From: Mobula hypostoma
Taxonomy: Eukaryota
Direction of reading: 5' to 3'
Assembly: GCF_963921235.1 (NCBI RefSeq)
Contig: NC_086101.1
Location: forward strand, 10,976,001 to 11,040,000
DNA: 64,000 bases
This document shows positions 49,664 to 64,000 of this stretch, one piece after another. Under the pieces are notes generated by a model that was not told where the DNA came from, did no database searches, and saw nothing but the letters and a program-made list of their open reading frames with translations. The number at the start of each line of letters is the position of its first letter. Within the stretch, counting starts at the first letter, position 1. A program made the translations under genes and the position numbers.

Positions 49664-52600
49664 TCAGGAGGCTTTGGTGAGCAGAGGCTGAGGACGAGGT
49701 AAGTGAGGTAAGGCCGGGTCTGCGCAGGCACATGACCTCAGAGCGCGGAAGGCTTAAAAAGAACACCGCCATATCCAGCGGGCACCGGAGTGAGAGGGTG
49801 CAGAGTGATAGGGCTTTGGCAGAAACGGGAAGAGGCTTCCTGTGACCATTGAGTCTCATAGTAAAGGGGTAAGTTACAGGTTTATTTATTTAATAATAAC
49901 TGTAGCTTTAGAGGTATGCATCTAGGATTAGTGTTGTGCTTGGAGTGCCAGATGTGGGGACCCCGGGAGACTCCCAGCCTCCCCAAGGATTACATCTGCA
50001 CCAGGTGCATTGAGATGAGGCTCCTTAAGGACCATGTTAGGGATCTGGAGCTGCAACTTGATGACTTTCAGCTAATTAGGGAAAGTGAGGAGGTGATTGA
50101 TAATACCTATAGAGAGATAGTGGACAGCACCTCTGTGACAGTCCCCCTCAGAAATCGATATATTGTTTTCGATACTGTTGGGGAGGTTGCCCTGACACAG
50201 GAAGATCACAGCGAACGGGACTCTGGTACTCTGCCCAGTGCTGTGATCAAGAGACAAGGAGAAATGCAGTAGTTATAAAGCATTCCATAGTGAGAGGAAC
50301 AGACAAGAGATTCTGTGAGCTGGACAAGGATACCCGGATGGTGTGTTACCTCCCTGGTGCCAGGGAACGGGATGTCTCAGATCGGGTACAGAGTATCCTG
50401 AGGAGAGAAGGCGAGCAGCCAGAAGTCTTGGTACATGTTGGTAAAATAACATAGACAGAAAAAGAGAGGAGATCCTGAAGGAAGATTACTGGGACCTAGG
50501 AAGAAAATTGAAAAGCCAGATCTCCAGACTAATAATCTCAGGATTGCTGCCTGAGCCATGTGCTAATGAAGGTAAGAACAGCAGGATTAAGCAGATGAGG
50601 CTAAGTAACTGGTGCAGGGGGCAGGGCTTCAAATTCTTGGATCATTGGGATCTATTTTGGGGGAGGTATGACTTGTACAAAGACGGTGGGTTACACCTGA
50701 ACTCAAAGAGTACTAATATCCTGGCAGGATTGTTTAATATAGCTGTTAGGGAGGGTTTAAACTAAGTTGGCAGGGGGTAGGAAACCAGGGTGTTAGGGTC
50801 AAGGAAGAGGAAAACAGAAATAAGTCAAAGATACTATGCAGCAAGGATGGCAAGAAGGACAGGCAGGTGAATAGACAGGATAATTTGCTGTGCGATAGAA
50901 ATATAGCAAAATCAGTAACAGATACTGATCTAAATGTACTGTACTTAAGTGCACACAGCATTAAAAATAAAGTGGATGACCTTGTTGTACAGCTACGGGT
51001 TAAAAGATATGACATTGTGGCCATCACCGAGTCATGGCTAAATGATGGATGTGATTGGGAGCTGAATATCCAAGGATACACAGTGTACAGGAAGGATAGG
51101 AAGGTAGGTAAAGGGGGTGGCGTGGCCCTGATGGTAAGCAACGATATCAAATCACTAGAAAGAAGGGACATAGGATCAGAAGAGGTAGAATCCTTTTGGG
51201 TCGAGTTAAGAAATGGCAAGGGTAAAAAGACACTAATAGCAGTTATATACAGGCCTCCAAACAGCAGCCGGGATGTGGACTACAAGTTACAGCTGGAAAT
51301 AAAAAAGCGTGTCAGAAGGAAAACGTCAAGATAATTATGGGGATTTTAATATGAAAGTGGATTGGGAAAGTCAGGAAGGTAATGGATCTCAGGAGAGGGA
51401 GTTTGTAGAATGCCTACAGGATGGCTTTTTGGAGCAGCTTGTCCAGAAGCCCACCAGGGGACCGGCTGTTTTGGATTGGGTGCCGTGTAACGAACCTGAG
51501 ACGATTAGGGAGCTGGAGGTAACGGAACCCCTTGGAAGTAGTGATCATAATATGACTGAGTTCAGTTTCAAATTTGAAAAGGAGAAGCTGGTATCCGGTG
51601 TATCAATATTTCAGTGGAACAGGGGAAATTACAGTGGTATGAGAGAGGACCTAGCCAAAGTAGATTGGAAAAATAAGCTAGATGGAGGGACGGCAGAGCA
51701 GAATTGGATGAAATTCCAACAAGAAATAAGGAAAGTGTAGGAAAAAATATATTCCAAGAAAAAAGAAAATCATGAATGGAAAAATGGCACAAATGTGGCT
51801 AATAAGAGAGGTTAAGGCTAAAATAAAAGCAAAAGAGACGGCGTACAAGAAAGCAAAACTTAGTGGGAAAACAGAGGACTGGACGACTTTCAAAAACTTA
51901 CAGAACGAAACTAAGAAAGTCATTAGGAAAGAAAAGATGAATTATGAAAGGAAGTTGGCAATTTACATACAAAAGGATACTAAGAGTTTTTTAAATATAT
52001 GAGGAGTAAAAGAGTGTCATGGGTAGATATAGGACCAATTGAAAATGATGCTGGAGAAATTATAATGAGTAACAAAGAGATGGCAGAGGAACTAAATGAG
52101 TATTTTGCATCAGTCTTCACAGTGGAAGACATTAGCAACATAGCTGATAGCCAGAGGTCTCAGGGAATAGAATTAGGTACAGTCAAGATAACTAGAGAGA
52201 AAGTGCTTGGGAAGATAAATGGACTAAGAATAGATAAGTCTCCCAGACCGGATGAGGTGCACCCACGGGCTCTGAAGGAGCTAGCTTTGGAGATTGTGGA
52301 GGCATTGGAAATGACTTCCAGGAATCAATAGTCTCTGGCATGGTTCCGGAGGACTGGAAGGTCACAAATGTAGTTCTGCTGTTTTAGAAAGGAGGGAGGC
52401 AGCAAAAAGAATATTACAGACCTATTAGTCTGACATCGGTAGTTGGAAAGTTATTGGAGTGGATCCTCAAGGACGAGGTTATGAAATACCTGAATGTGCG
52501 TGACAGGATAGGCCGAAGCCAGCATGGTTTCATGAAAGGAAGATCCTGCCTCACCAACCTATTGGAATTTTTTGAGGTAATCTCAAATAAGATTGACAAG

Positions 52601-53764
52601 GGAGAAGCTGTGGATGTTGTGTATTTGGATTTTCAAAAGGCCTTCGATAAGGTGCCGCATAAGAGGCTGCTTAATAAGAGGAGAGCCCATGGAATTACAG
52701 GAAAGATATTGAAATGGGTGGAGCATTGGCTGATAGGCAGAAAGCAAAGGCTGGGAATAAAGGGATCCTATTCTGATTGGTTGCCGGTTACCAGTGGTGT
52801 TCCGCAGAGGTCGGTGTTGGGGCCGCTTCTTTTTACAATGTATATCGATGATTTAGATTATGGATTAAAAGGTTTTGTGGCTAAGTTTGCGGATGACACC
52901 AAGATAGGTGGAGGAGCAGGAAGTGTTGAAGAAACGGAAAGGTTGCAGAGAGACTTGGTCAGTTTAGGAGAGTGGGCAAAGAAATGGCAGATGAGATACA
53001 AAGTTGAGAAATGTACGGTTGTACATTTTGGAAGAAGAAATAATCGGGCAGATTATTATTTAGATTGGGAGAAAATTCAAAACTCGGAAGTGCAAAGGGA
53101 CTTGGGGGTCCTCATGCAGGATACCCTAAAGGTTAACCACCAAGTTGGATTGGTGGTAAGGAAAGCGAATGCTATGTTGGCATTCATTTCAAGAGGAATA
53201 GTGTATTAGAGTAAGGAGGTGTTGATGAGGCTCTATGGGGCACTGGTGAGACCTCATTTGGAATACTGTGTGCAGTTTTGGGCCCCCTATCTTAGAAGGG
53301 ATGTACTGATGTTGGAGAGAGTTCAGAGAAGATTTACGAAGATGATTCCTGGAATGCAGGGGCTAACATATGAGGAGCGTTTGTCGGCTCTTGGACTGTA
53401 TTCACTAGAGTATAGAAGAATGAGAGGGGATCTCAAAGAAACATTTCGAATGTTGAAAGGGTTGGACAGAGTAGATGTGGAAAGGCTGTTTCCCTGGGTG
53501 GGTGAGTCCAGGACAACAGGCCACAGTCTTAGAATCAGAGGTTACCCATTTAAAACAGAAATGAGGAGAAATTTTTTTAGCCAGAGGGTCGTGAATTTAT
53601 GGAATTCGATTGATAGGTATCTAATTAGTCAGGGTATCAAGGGATATGGGAAAAAAGCCGGAAATTGGAACGAGATGGAAGAATAGTTTAGCTCGTGGGG
53701 AGTGGCAGAGAAGACTCGATGGGTCGAATGGCCTACTTCTGCTCCTTTGTCTTGTGATCTTGTG
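49664..53764 (+). mobile_element. Near full-length decayed CR1 LINE
   Basis: ORF1 zinc finger CLECQMW...ICTRC with coiled coil and esterase; ORF2 EN and RT (KFADDTKIGG); (tcttgtga)n tail. Confidence 0.92.
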
Positions 53765-53877
53765 AAAACGTCGACTGTACTTTTTCCCGTAGATGCTGCC
53801 TGGCCTATTGACTTCCTCCAGCACTTTGTGTGTGTTGCTTGGATTTCCAGTATCTGCAGATTTTCTCCTGTTTGTGA
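53765..53877 (+). mobile_element. Penelope-like 3' terminal fragment
   Basis: aaacgtcgactgtac...gatgctgcctggcc...tccagtatctgcaga; only the 3' half of the hammerhead motif is present. Confidence 0.75.
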
Positions 53878-54539
53878 TTTGGTCCTCTTAGAGGATAGTT
53901 TCATTGCCAAATATTTTCATTTTCCAGGGACCATGGCCCAATCTGATCAATCTTTCCTCAGAAGACAAGCCCTTCAGCTCAACAATCAACCAAATTCACT
54001 GAGCTCCCTCCGCAGTGAGTATCTCTAGTCAGCCTGTTAACAGACTGTGCACCAATCCTTCCTGGACAAACACAGAACAAATTCTAATCCTCTTGCATGA
54101 AGCAAGTGCCAATCAATGTTAGGCAAATTAACATTCCCGTGACAACAACCCTGTTATATTTGCACCTTTTAAAAATCTGCCTCCCGATCTGTTCCCCAGT
54201 GTCTTTGTTGCTTTCTGGAGGGTCTATAGAATGCTCCGAATAGAGGGATTGCTCCCTTCCTGTTTCAAACCTCCACCCTCACTGACTCAGTAGACAATCC
54301 CTCCATGACAACCTCCCTTTCTGCAGCTGTGATACTATCCCTAATTAACAATGCCACTCCCCCACCTCGTTCACCACCCCCACACCCACCCCTTTTGAAA
54401 TATCTAATCACTGGAACATCCAGCAACCATTCTTGCCTTTGTGATGGCCGAGTCTCTGTCCCTGTAATGGCCACAACATTGTAGTTCCATATACTGACCC
54501 ATGCTCGAAGTTCGTCAGCCTTGTTATTTCTTCAGCTGT

Positions 54540-57500
54540 TTGAACGGGACACGACTGTGCAAGCGCGTGGAGGTCAGCCAGTGACAACAGCGAGAAGAGT
54601 TGAAAGAGAAGACAGATTTATACAGCAGGAATTGGAGAAACAGGCATCAGAGTAGGAAGGCTTTGGCTCAACAGGGCTTCGGCAATAAACGGTCGAGGAA
54701 AGGTAGGTTATCTGTAGAATACAGACAGGAAGTATATGTGGGAGGCTGGTTTTCTGTGCTCGGTGTCAGATGTGGGAGGTCCTGGAGACTCCCAGCCTCC
54801 CAGACGGCCACATCTGCACCAGGTGCATCGAGCTGCAGCTCTGTAGGGGCCATGTTAGGGAACTGGGGATGCAGCTCGATGACCTTCGTCTGATCAGGGA
54901 GAGTGAGGAGGTGATAGAGAGAAGCTATAGGCAGGTAGTCAGGGGAGACTGATAAGTGGGTAGCAGTCAGGAGAGGGAAGGGCAAGAAGCAGATGCTAGA
55001 GAGTACCCCAGTAGCTCTCCGCCTTCACAATAAGTACTCCTGTTTGAGTACTGTTGGGGTGAACGGCCAACCTGGTGGAAGCAACAGAGTCTGGCCCTGT
55101 GGCTCAGAAGGATAGGGAAAGGAAAAGGATGGCAGCAGTGATAGGGGATTCTATCGTCAGGGGGTCAGACAGGCGATTCTGTGGATGCAGGAAAGAAACG
55201 CGGATGGTAGTTTGTCTCCCAGGTGCCAGGGTCCGGGGTGTTTCTGATCAAGACCATGATATCCTGAAGTAGGAAGGAGAACAGCCACAGGTTGTGGTAC
55301 ATATTGGTACCAACAACATAGGTAGGAAAAGGGAGGAGGTCCTGAAAACAGACTGCAGGGAGTTAGGAAGGAAGTTGAGAAGCAGGACCTCAAAGGTAGT
55401 AATCTCGGGATTACTGCCTGTGCCACGCGACAGTGAGTACAGGAACAGAGTGAGGTGGAGGATAAATGTGTGGCTGTGGGATTGGAGCGGGGGGGCAGGG
55501 ATTCAGATTTCTGGATCATTGGGACCTCTTTTGGGGCAGGTGTGACCTGTACAAAAAGGACGGGTTGCACTTGAATCCGAGGGGGACCAATATCCTGGCG
55601 GGGAGATTTGCTAAGGCTATTGGGGAGAGTTTAAACTAGAATTACTGGGGGGTGGGAACCAAATTGAAGTAACGAGGAAAGGGAGTTTGGCTCACAAATA
55701 GAGAAAGCTTGGAGACAGTGTGAAAGGGAGGATAGGCAGGTGATAGAGAAGGATGCGCTCAGACCGATGGTTTGAGATGTGTCTGTTTTAATGCGAGGAG
55801 TTATATGAACAAAACAGATGAGCTTAGAGCGTGGATCAGCACTTGGAGCTATGATGCTGTGGCCATTACAGAGACTTCAATGGTGTAGGGACAGGAACGG
55901 CTACTTCAAGTGCCAGGCTTTAGGTATTTCAGAAAGGACAGGGAGGGAGGCAAAAGAGGTGGGGGTGTGGCACTGTTGATCAGAGATAGTGTCACGGCTG
56001 CCGAAAGAGAGGAAGTCATGGAGGGGTTGTCTACGGAGTCTCTGTGGGTGGAGGTTAGGAACAGGAAGGGATCAATAACTCTACTGGGTGTTTTTTATAG
56101 ACCACCCATAGTAACAGGGACATTGAGGAGCAGATAGGGAGACAAAGATAAATTCTGCAAAGGTGTAACAATAACAGGGCTGTTGTGGTGGGAGATTTTA
56201 ATTTCCCAAATATTGATTGGCATCTATCTAGAGTAAGGTGTTTAGATGGGGTGGAGTTTCTTTGGTGTGTTCAGGAAGTTTTCTTGACACATTATGTAGA
56301 TAAGCTGAGAAGAGGAGAGGCTGTACTTGATCTGGTATTGGGAAATGAACCTGGTCAGGTGTCAAGTCTCTCAGTGGGAGAGCATTTTGGAAATAGTGAT
56401 CACAATTCTATCTCCTTTACCATAGTATTGGAGAGGGATAGGAACAGACAAGTCAGGGAAACCTTTAATTGGAGTAAGGGGAAATATAAGGCCATCAGGC
56501 AGGAACTTGGAAGCATAAATTGGAAACAGCTGTCCTCAGGAAACATACGGAAGAAATGTGGGAAATGTTCACGGGATATTTGTGTGGAGTTCTGCATAGG
56601 TACATTCCAATAAGAAAAGGAAAGGATGGTAGGGTACAGAGACCGTGGTGTACAAAGGCTGTTGTAAATCTAGTCAAGAATAAAAGAAGAGCTTACAAAA
56701 GGTGCAAAGAACTAGGTAATGATAGAGATCCAGAAAATTATAAGGCTCGCAAGAAGGAAATTAAGAATGAAATTAGGAGAGCCAGAAGGGGCCATGAGAA
56801 GGCCTTGGTGGGAAGGATTAAGGAATCCCCCAAGGCACTCTACAAGTATGTGAAGAGCAAGAGAATAAGACATGAGAGAATAGGACCAATCCAGTGTGAC
56901 AGCAGAAAAGTGTGTATGGAACTAGAGGAAATAGCAGAGGTACTTAATGAATACTTTGCTTCAGTATTCGCCACGGAAAAAAATCTTGGTGATTGTAGGA
57001 GGATGTGCTGGAGCTTCGGGAAAGCATCAAGCTGGATAAGTCACCGGTGCAGATGGGGCGTACCCCAGGCTACTGTGAGAAGCGAGGGAGTATATGCTGA
57101 GCCTCTGGTGATGATCCTTGCAACATCAATGAGGACAGGAGAGGTTCTGAAGGTTAGAATGTTACGGATATTTTTCTCTTATCCAAGCAAGGTAGTAGAG
57201 ATAGCCCAGGAAATTATAGACCAGTGACTCTTACTTCAGTGGTTGGTAAGTTGATGGCAAAGATCTTGAGAAGCAGGATTTATGAAGATTTGGAGAGGCA
57301 TAATATGATTGGGAATATTCAGCATGGCTTTGTCAAAGCCAGGTTGTGCCTTTGTGGGCCTGACTGAATTTTTTGAGACTGTGACGAAACACATTGATGA
57401 AGGTAGAGCAGGAGATGTAGTGTACATGGATTTCAGCAAGGCATTTGATAAAGTACCCCACACTATGCTTATTGAGAAAGTAAGGAGGTATGGGATCCAA

Positions 57501-58505
57501 GGGGACATTACTTTGTGGAGCCAGAATTGGCTTGGCCACAGAAGGCAAAGAGTGGTTGTAGACGGGTCATATACTGCATGGAGGTCAGTGACCAGTGGTG
57601 TGCATCAGAGATCTGTTCTGGGACCCCTTCTCTTCGTGATGTTTATTAATGACCTGGATAAGGAAGTGGAAGGATGGGTTAGCAAATTTGCTGATAACAC
57701 AAAGGTTGGGGGTGTTGTGGATTGTGTGGAGGGCTGTCAGTTTATAGCGGGACATCAATAGGATGCAAAATCGGGCTGAGAACTGGCAGATGGAGTTCAA
57801 CCCAGATAAGTGTGAGGTGGTTCATTTTGATAGGTCAAATATGATGGAAGAATATCGTATTAATGGTAAGACTCTTTGCAGTGAGGAGGATCACAGGGAC
57901 CTTGGGGTCTGAGTCCATAGATCATTCAATGCTGCGCAGGTTGACTCTGTGGTTAAGAAGGCATACGGTGCATTGGCCTTCATCAACCGTGGGTTTGAGT
58001 TTAAGAGCTGAGAGTAATGTTACAGCTTTATAGGACCCTGGTCACCAAATACTGTGCTTAGTCCTGGTGACCTCACTACAGGAAGGACGTGGAAACTATA
58101 GAAAGGGTGCAGAGGAGATTCGTAATGATGTTGCCTGGATTGGGGAGCATGCCTTATGAGAATAGGTTGAGTGAACTTGGCCTTTTGTCCTTGGAGCAAC
58201 GGAGGATAAGAGGTGACCTGATAAAAGTGTATAAAATGATGGCAGGTACTGATTGTGTGGATGGTCAGAGGCGTTATCCCAGGGCTAAAATGGCTAACAT
58301 GAGAGGGCACAATTTGGAATGGGCTGCTCGCAACAGTTGTGGAGGTAGATACAATAGGGACTTTCAGAAACTTTTGGATAGGTACATGAAGCTTACAAAA
58401 TTAGAGAGCTATGGGTAACTCTAGGTAATTTCTAAAGTAAGTACAGGTTCGGTACAGCATTGTGGGCCGAGGGGTTTGTATTGTGCTGTAGGTTTTCTAT
58501 GCTCC
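54540..58505 (+). mobile_element. Near full-length decayed CR1 LINE
   Basis: ORF1 CARCQMW...HICTRC, AVIGDSIVRG, HIGTNN; ORF2 EN and RT fragments; 3' UTR present. Confidence 0.9.
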
Positions 58506-58509
58506 TACC

Positions 58510-59850
58510 TATTTTAGTACCCTCAAGTGTAGTCCAGCAGTTCCAAGGGACTGATCTACCTTCAGACTTTTCATGTTTCCAAAGCACCTTCTCCCTCATA
58601 ATGATAACTTCACTCACTTCTGCCCCCAACAGTCTCAAACATCCAGCATACTGCTAGGGTCTTCCATAGTGAAGACTGATGCAAAATCCTTCTTAAGTTC
58701 ATCCATCATTTCCCTTTCCCTCAATAATCCATCTCCAAAGTAGTTTTCCAGTGTCCAATATCTACTCTCACCTTTCTTTTACTCTTTGTATATCTGAAAC
58801 AACTTTTGGTATCGTCTGATATGATTGGTTCGCTTATCTTTATATTTCATCTTTTTGTTTCTTACGTCTTTTTCGGTTGCCTTCTTTTGGTTGTTTTTTA
58901 AAAGCTTTCGAATAATTTTGGTTCTGTTATATGCCCTCTTTTTTGTTTTGGTTGTGCCATGGTTGTATCACCCTGTCTTTACGATACTTGTTTGGGATGT
59001 ACTGCATCAATCCTGTGCCTTCTGAATTGCTCCCAAAAACTCCAGCCATTGCTGCTCTGCCATCATCTCTGCTAGTGTCCCATTCCAATCAACTTTGGCC
59101 ATCTCCTCTATCAAGCCTATGTAATTTCCTTTACTCTACTGTAGCTCATATCTTGTAGTTCAGAGGCCTGTATATAACTCCCAGCATGGTCTTTGTACCC
59201 TTGCAGTTCTTTTGCTCTACCCACGTCGATCCTATGTCACCCTTTTCTAAGGATTTGATTTCATTTTTTAATCAGCAGAGCCACACCACCCCTTCTGCCT
59301 ACCTGCCTTTCCTTTCAATACAATGTGAATCCGTGGATGATAAGTTCCCCACTATAATCTTCTTTCAGCTATGATTCAGTGATGCCCACAATATCATACC
59401 TACCACTCTCTAACAGAGCTACAAGATCATTTACCTTATTTCATATATTGCACACATTCAGATAAAACTCCATCAGTCCTGTATTCATAATCCTTTTCGA
59501 TTTCATCCCCCATTACACTGCAACTCATTGCACTGACTGAAATGTTGCTCTATTATCTGTCTGTCCTTCCTGGAATTTTATTACACACTGTCTTTGCTTA
59601 TATAGCAACTGCACCATCCTCAGCCCTAATCCCCGATCACTACTGTACTCATCTTCTACCCCCTTCCCTTCTGAGTCCCAGAACCAGACTCAGTGCCAGA
59701 GCCCTGGTCACTGTGTCTTTCCCCCAGTAGGTCATTCCCCCAACACCACTCAGAGTGGTATACTAGTTATTGAGGGGAATGGCCACAGGGTTATTCTGCA
59801 CTGTCTCTCTATTCCCTTTTCCCTCTCCTGACAGTCACCTCGCTACCTGC
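58510..59850 (-). mobile_element. Highly degenerate CR1 fragment
   Basis: Nucleotide similarity to the EN/linker region of the CR1 at 5720-7860. Confidence 0.6.
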
Positions 59851-59959
59851 CTCCTGTAACGTTGAGCAGCCTCCATCACAGAGATCGAAGCCTGAGAATG
59901 GGTAGTTCACTCAGGTTCGCCAATTGAGTAGAAAAAACAGTCGCTTGTGGCAGATTGGA

Positions 59960-62425
59960 GCCTTGAGCAGCACAGCGCCGTATCAGCGGGATTGATTGAC
60001 AAAAAGAAACTAAAGTAAGGCAGAGGCAAGTGGAGCAGCCACTGTTGGACTGACCGTTGGTGGAGCAGACAGAGATAGAATTGGGATTTTGATGCTTCAG
60101 CTCTTCGAGGCTTCACTGAGGAGAGGCTTGAGTGAGAGAAAGTGAAAAGCTGTAGATAATTATTTCTCCACAGTTTATTATTGTTTTCCTTTCTTTATAT
60201 TTGCTCAGATAGAACAGCAGTGATGCCAGGCAGGATAGTTGAATGTTCCACTTACAGGATGTGGAAAGACAGGGAGTCCTGCAGTGTCCCTGACGACTAC
60301 AACTACGAGAAGTGCATCCAGCTGTGGCTTCGAACACTCCGTGTTAAGGAGTTTGAGCTGGAACTGGATGAACTTCGGATCATTTGGAAGACTGAGGGGG
60401 TGATAGATTGGATAATTAGAAAGGTAGTTACAACCATGGTGTGGCACAGGAGACTGGGTGATAGTCAAGAAGGGGAAAGGGGTTAAACAGACAGTACAAG
60501 AGTACCCCTGTGGCCATCCACCGCACAACAGGTACTTTGGTTACTGTGCCAAGTGCTGACCTCGCAGAGGAAAGTCACAGCAGTTAGGTCTCTGGCACTG
60601 AGTCTGGCCCTTTAACTCAGAAGAGAAGGAGGGAGGGGGCAGTAGAAGAGGTAAGCTGTGGTGATAGGGGATACTTTACTTAGGAGAACGGAAAAGAGGT
60701 TCTGTGGATGAAAACAAGATTCCTGGATTGTGTGTTGCATCCCGGATGCCAAGGTCTGGGACATCTTGGATCGAGTCCTCAGCATTCCAAAGTGGGATGG
60801 TCAACAGCCAGAGGTTATGGTCAATGTAGGTACCAATGGCATAGGTAGGAAGAGTAACGCTGTTCTGCAAAGTGAGTTCAGGGAGTTAGGTGCCAAGTTA
60901 AAGGGCAGGACATCCGGGGTTATGATCTCAGGATTGCTACCCATGCCATACGCTATTTAGAACACAAATAGGAAGATTACACCCTTTAACACGTGGCTAA
61001 GGAGTTGGTGCAGGAGGGAGAGCTCAAGATGTTTGGATCATCAAGCTCTCTTCTATGGATGGTGGGACCTGCACAAAAGAGATGAACTGTACTGGAGATG
61101 GAAGAGCTCTGACATCCAAGCAGGAAAGTTGGCTCATGCTCCATGTGAAGGGGGGCGGGGGGTGGTGGGGAACAGGGGAGGAGGAGTGCAGAGTGGTTTA
61201 AACTGGATTTGCAGTGAATGTTGTCTACAATGACTTTAGTAAGGGGTGTTTGACAGGGTCCTACATGGGAGGTTGGTCAAGACAGTTCAGTCACTAGGCA
61301 TTCAAGATGTGGTAGTAAATTGAATTGGACATTGGCTTTGTAGGAGAAGCCACAGCATGGGAGTAGAGGGTTGCCTCTTTGACTGGAGGCCTGTGCCTAG
61401 TGGAATGCCAGAGGGATCGGTGCTGGGTATGTTGTTGTTTGGCAGCTAGATGATAATGAGGTTAACTGGATCAGCAAATTTACAGATGACACCAAAACTG
61501 GGGGTGTAGTAGATAATGAGGAAGACTATCATAGCTTGGAGCAGGATCTGGACCAGCTGAAACATGAAATTAAATATTACAGGTGGTATTTAATACAGGC
61601 AAGTGCAAAGTGTTGCTCTTCATAGGACCAACCAGGATAGGTCTTACACAGTGAATGATAGGACACTGAAGAGTGCGGTAGAACAATGGAATCTGGGAAT
61701 ACAGGTCAATAATTTGTTGAAAGCAGTGTCATGGGTTAATAGGGTCACTAAGAAAGTTTTTGGCACATTGGCCTTCATAAATCAAAGTTTTGACTACAGG
61801 AGACGGGTTGCTATGTTGAAGTTGTATAATTTACAGCATTGTGTACAGTTTTGGTCCCCTACCTATGGGAAAGATGTAAATAAGTTTGAAAGAGTACAGA
61901 GAAACTTTATAAGAATGTTGCCGGGTCTGAAGGATCTGAGTTACAAGGAAAGATTGAATAGGTCAGGACTTTATTCCTTAGAACGCCGTGTACTGTACCA
62001 GCAGTTATGGTCAAAATGACAATAAAAGGGACTTGACTTAACTTGAGATTTCACAGAGGTATACAATATATTGAGGGGTATAGATAGGGTAAATGCAAGC
62101 AGTCTTTTTCCATTGAGGTTGGGTGGGAATACAACCAGAGTTCATGTGTTAAGGGTGAAAGGTGAAAAGTTTAATGGGCTCATGAGGGGAAACTCCTTCA
62201 CTCTGAGGTTCGTGACAGTGTGGAACAAGCTGCCAACACAAGCAGAGCATGCAAGGTCGATTTCAATGTTTAAGAGAAGCTTGGTTAGGTACTGTACATG
62301 GTTGGCAGGGGGGTGGAGGGCCATGGTCCCAGTGCAAGTCGATGGGGGTAGGCAATTTAAATGGTCCAGCATGGACTACATGGGACAGAGGGCCTTGTTT
62401 CTGTGTTGGACTTTTCTGTGACTCT
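59960..62425 (+). mobile_element. Degenerate CR1 with internal deletion (ORF1 joined to RT and 3' end)
   Basis: ECSTYRMW...EKCIQL zinc-finger remnant; VNVGTNG and ISGLLP; then RT C-terminus CVQFWSP. Confidence 0.8.
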
Positions 62426-62549
62426 GTGACTAAGGTTTGAGAAGAAACTGAAGAGTTGTGAACAAAGCCTGGTCCTTCATGCAAACCAGACTCTTCCACT
62501 GATTCTGTCTACACTTCTCACTGGGTTGGGAAAGCAGCCGATATAATCA

Positions 62550-63863
62550 CAGAAATACGAGGAAACTGCAGATGCTGGAAATTCAAGCAACACACACAAA
62601 ATGCTGGTGGAACGCAGCAGGCCAGGCAGCATCAATAGGAAGAGGTACAGTCAACTTTTCGGGCCAACACCCTTCGTCAGGACTAACAAAGAACAGAGAG
62701 TAAGAGATTGGAAAGTGGGAGGGGGAGGGGGAGGGGGAGACCGGAAATGACAGGAGAAAACAGGAGGGGGATGGAGGAAGTCAAGAACTGGGAAGTTGAT
62801 TGGCAAAAGGGATACAAAAATGGAGAAGGGGGAGGAGCATGGGACGGGAGGCCTAGGGAGAAAGAAAGGGGGAGGGGAGCCCGGAAGAAGATGGAGAGCA
62901 GGCAAGGAGTGATAGTGAGAGGGACAGAGAGAGAGAGAGAGAGATAGAGAGGGACAGAGGGAGAGGGACAGAAGGACAGAGGGAGAGGGACAGAGGGAGA
63001 GGGAGAGGGAGAGGGAGAGAATAATAAATCAATAACTAAGGGATGGGGTAAGAAGGGGAGGAGGGGCATTAACAGAAGTTAGAGAAGTCAATGTTCATGC
63101 CATCAGGTTGGAGGCTACCCAGACGGAATATAAGGTGTTGTTCCTCCAACCTGAGTGTGGCTTCATCTTTACAGTAGAGGAGGCCGTGGATTGACATATC
63201 AGAATGGGAATGGGACGCGGAATTAAAATGTGTGGCCACTGGGAGATCCTGCTTTCTCTGGCGGACAGAGCATAGGTGTTCAGCGAAATGATCTCCCAGC
63301 CTGCGTCGGGTCTCACCAATATATAGAAGGCCACACTGGGAGCACCGGACACAGGACATCACCCCAGCCGACTCACAGGTGAAGTGTCGCGTCACCTGTA
63401 AGGACTGTCTGGGGCCCCGAATGGTGGTGACAGAGGAAGCGTAAGGGCAGGTGTAGCACTTGTTCTGCTTAAAAGAATAAGTTCCGGGAGGGAGATTGGT
63501 GGGAAGGGATGTGGGGGGCAAATGGACAAGGGAGTCGTGTGGGGAGAGATCCCTGCGGAAAGCAGAAAGGGAGGGGATGGAAAGATGTGCTTGGTGGTGG
63601 GTTCCTATTGGAGGTGGCGGAAGTTATGGAGAATTATATTTTGGACCCGGAGGCTGGTGGGCTGGTAGGTGAGGACAAGGGGGACCCTATCCCTAGTGGG
63701 GTGGAGGGAGGATGGGGAGAGAGCAGATGTGAGTGAAGTGGCAGACATGCATTTGAGAGCAGAGTTGATGGTGGAGGGAGGGAAGCCCCTCTCTTTAAAA
63801 AAGGAAGACTTCTCCTTCATCCTGGAATGAAAAGCCTCATCCTGAGAGCAGATGCGGCGGAGA
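62550..63863 (-). mobile_element. Penelope-like element, 3' part
   Basis: LRRICSQDEAF, Cys-rich linker NKCYTC, GIY-YIG CVRCSQCGLLYIGETRRRL, and 3' UTR. Confidence 0.92.
62649..62684 (-). ncRNA. Hammerhead motif copy, degenerate stem III
   Basis: AGTC CTGACGA AGGGTGTTGGCCC GAAA AGTT GACT. Confidence 0.6.
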
Positions 63864-64000
63864 CCCCACACACAGACCCCACCGACCCTTGTCATTCTCT
63901 CTTCTCCCCTCTCCCATTGAGTAGAAGATACAAACCCCTGAGAGTACAAACCAACAGACTCGAGGACAGTTTCTATGCCATGGTTATCAAACTCCTGAAT

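Noticed and set aside
1..64000. CRISPR arrays, operons or prokaryotic defence systems
   Set aside because: No repeat-spacer arrays or prokaryotic gene organisation; the short ORFs are TE fragments or antisense shadows.

Overview
Eukaryotic genomic DNA. The repeat content (dominant CR1 LINEs plus Rex1/Babar, Penelope-like, L1/Tx1, Tc1, Chapaev and a tRNA-SINE) suggests a cartilaginous fish, probably a ray; this is an inference. Most of the window is nested, mostly decayed transposable elements. On the minus strand lie four phase-1 exons of a butyrophilin/B7-like Ig-superfamily membrane protein: IgC 32171-32449, transmembrane 4015-4134, and micro-exons 2474-2506 and 1292-1318. The IgC-TM intron is 28 kb, and no IgV or B30.2 exon was found in the window. 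Three observations stand out. First, three Penelope-derived insertions (151, 176 and 2159 bp) each have a TSD, the same inverted-arm architecture and a whole or partial minimal hammerhead ribozyme motif. Second, a young 5'-truncated L1/Tx1 element has an intact ORF2 and a 12-bp TSD. Third, an old ~1.25-kb local duplication is marked by a shared CR1/Tc1 junction. Boundaries of degenerate repeats are approximate and were read by eye.
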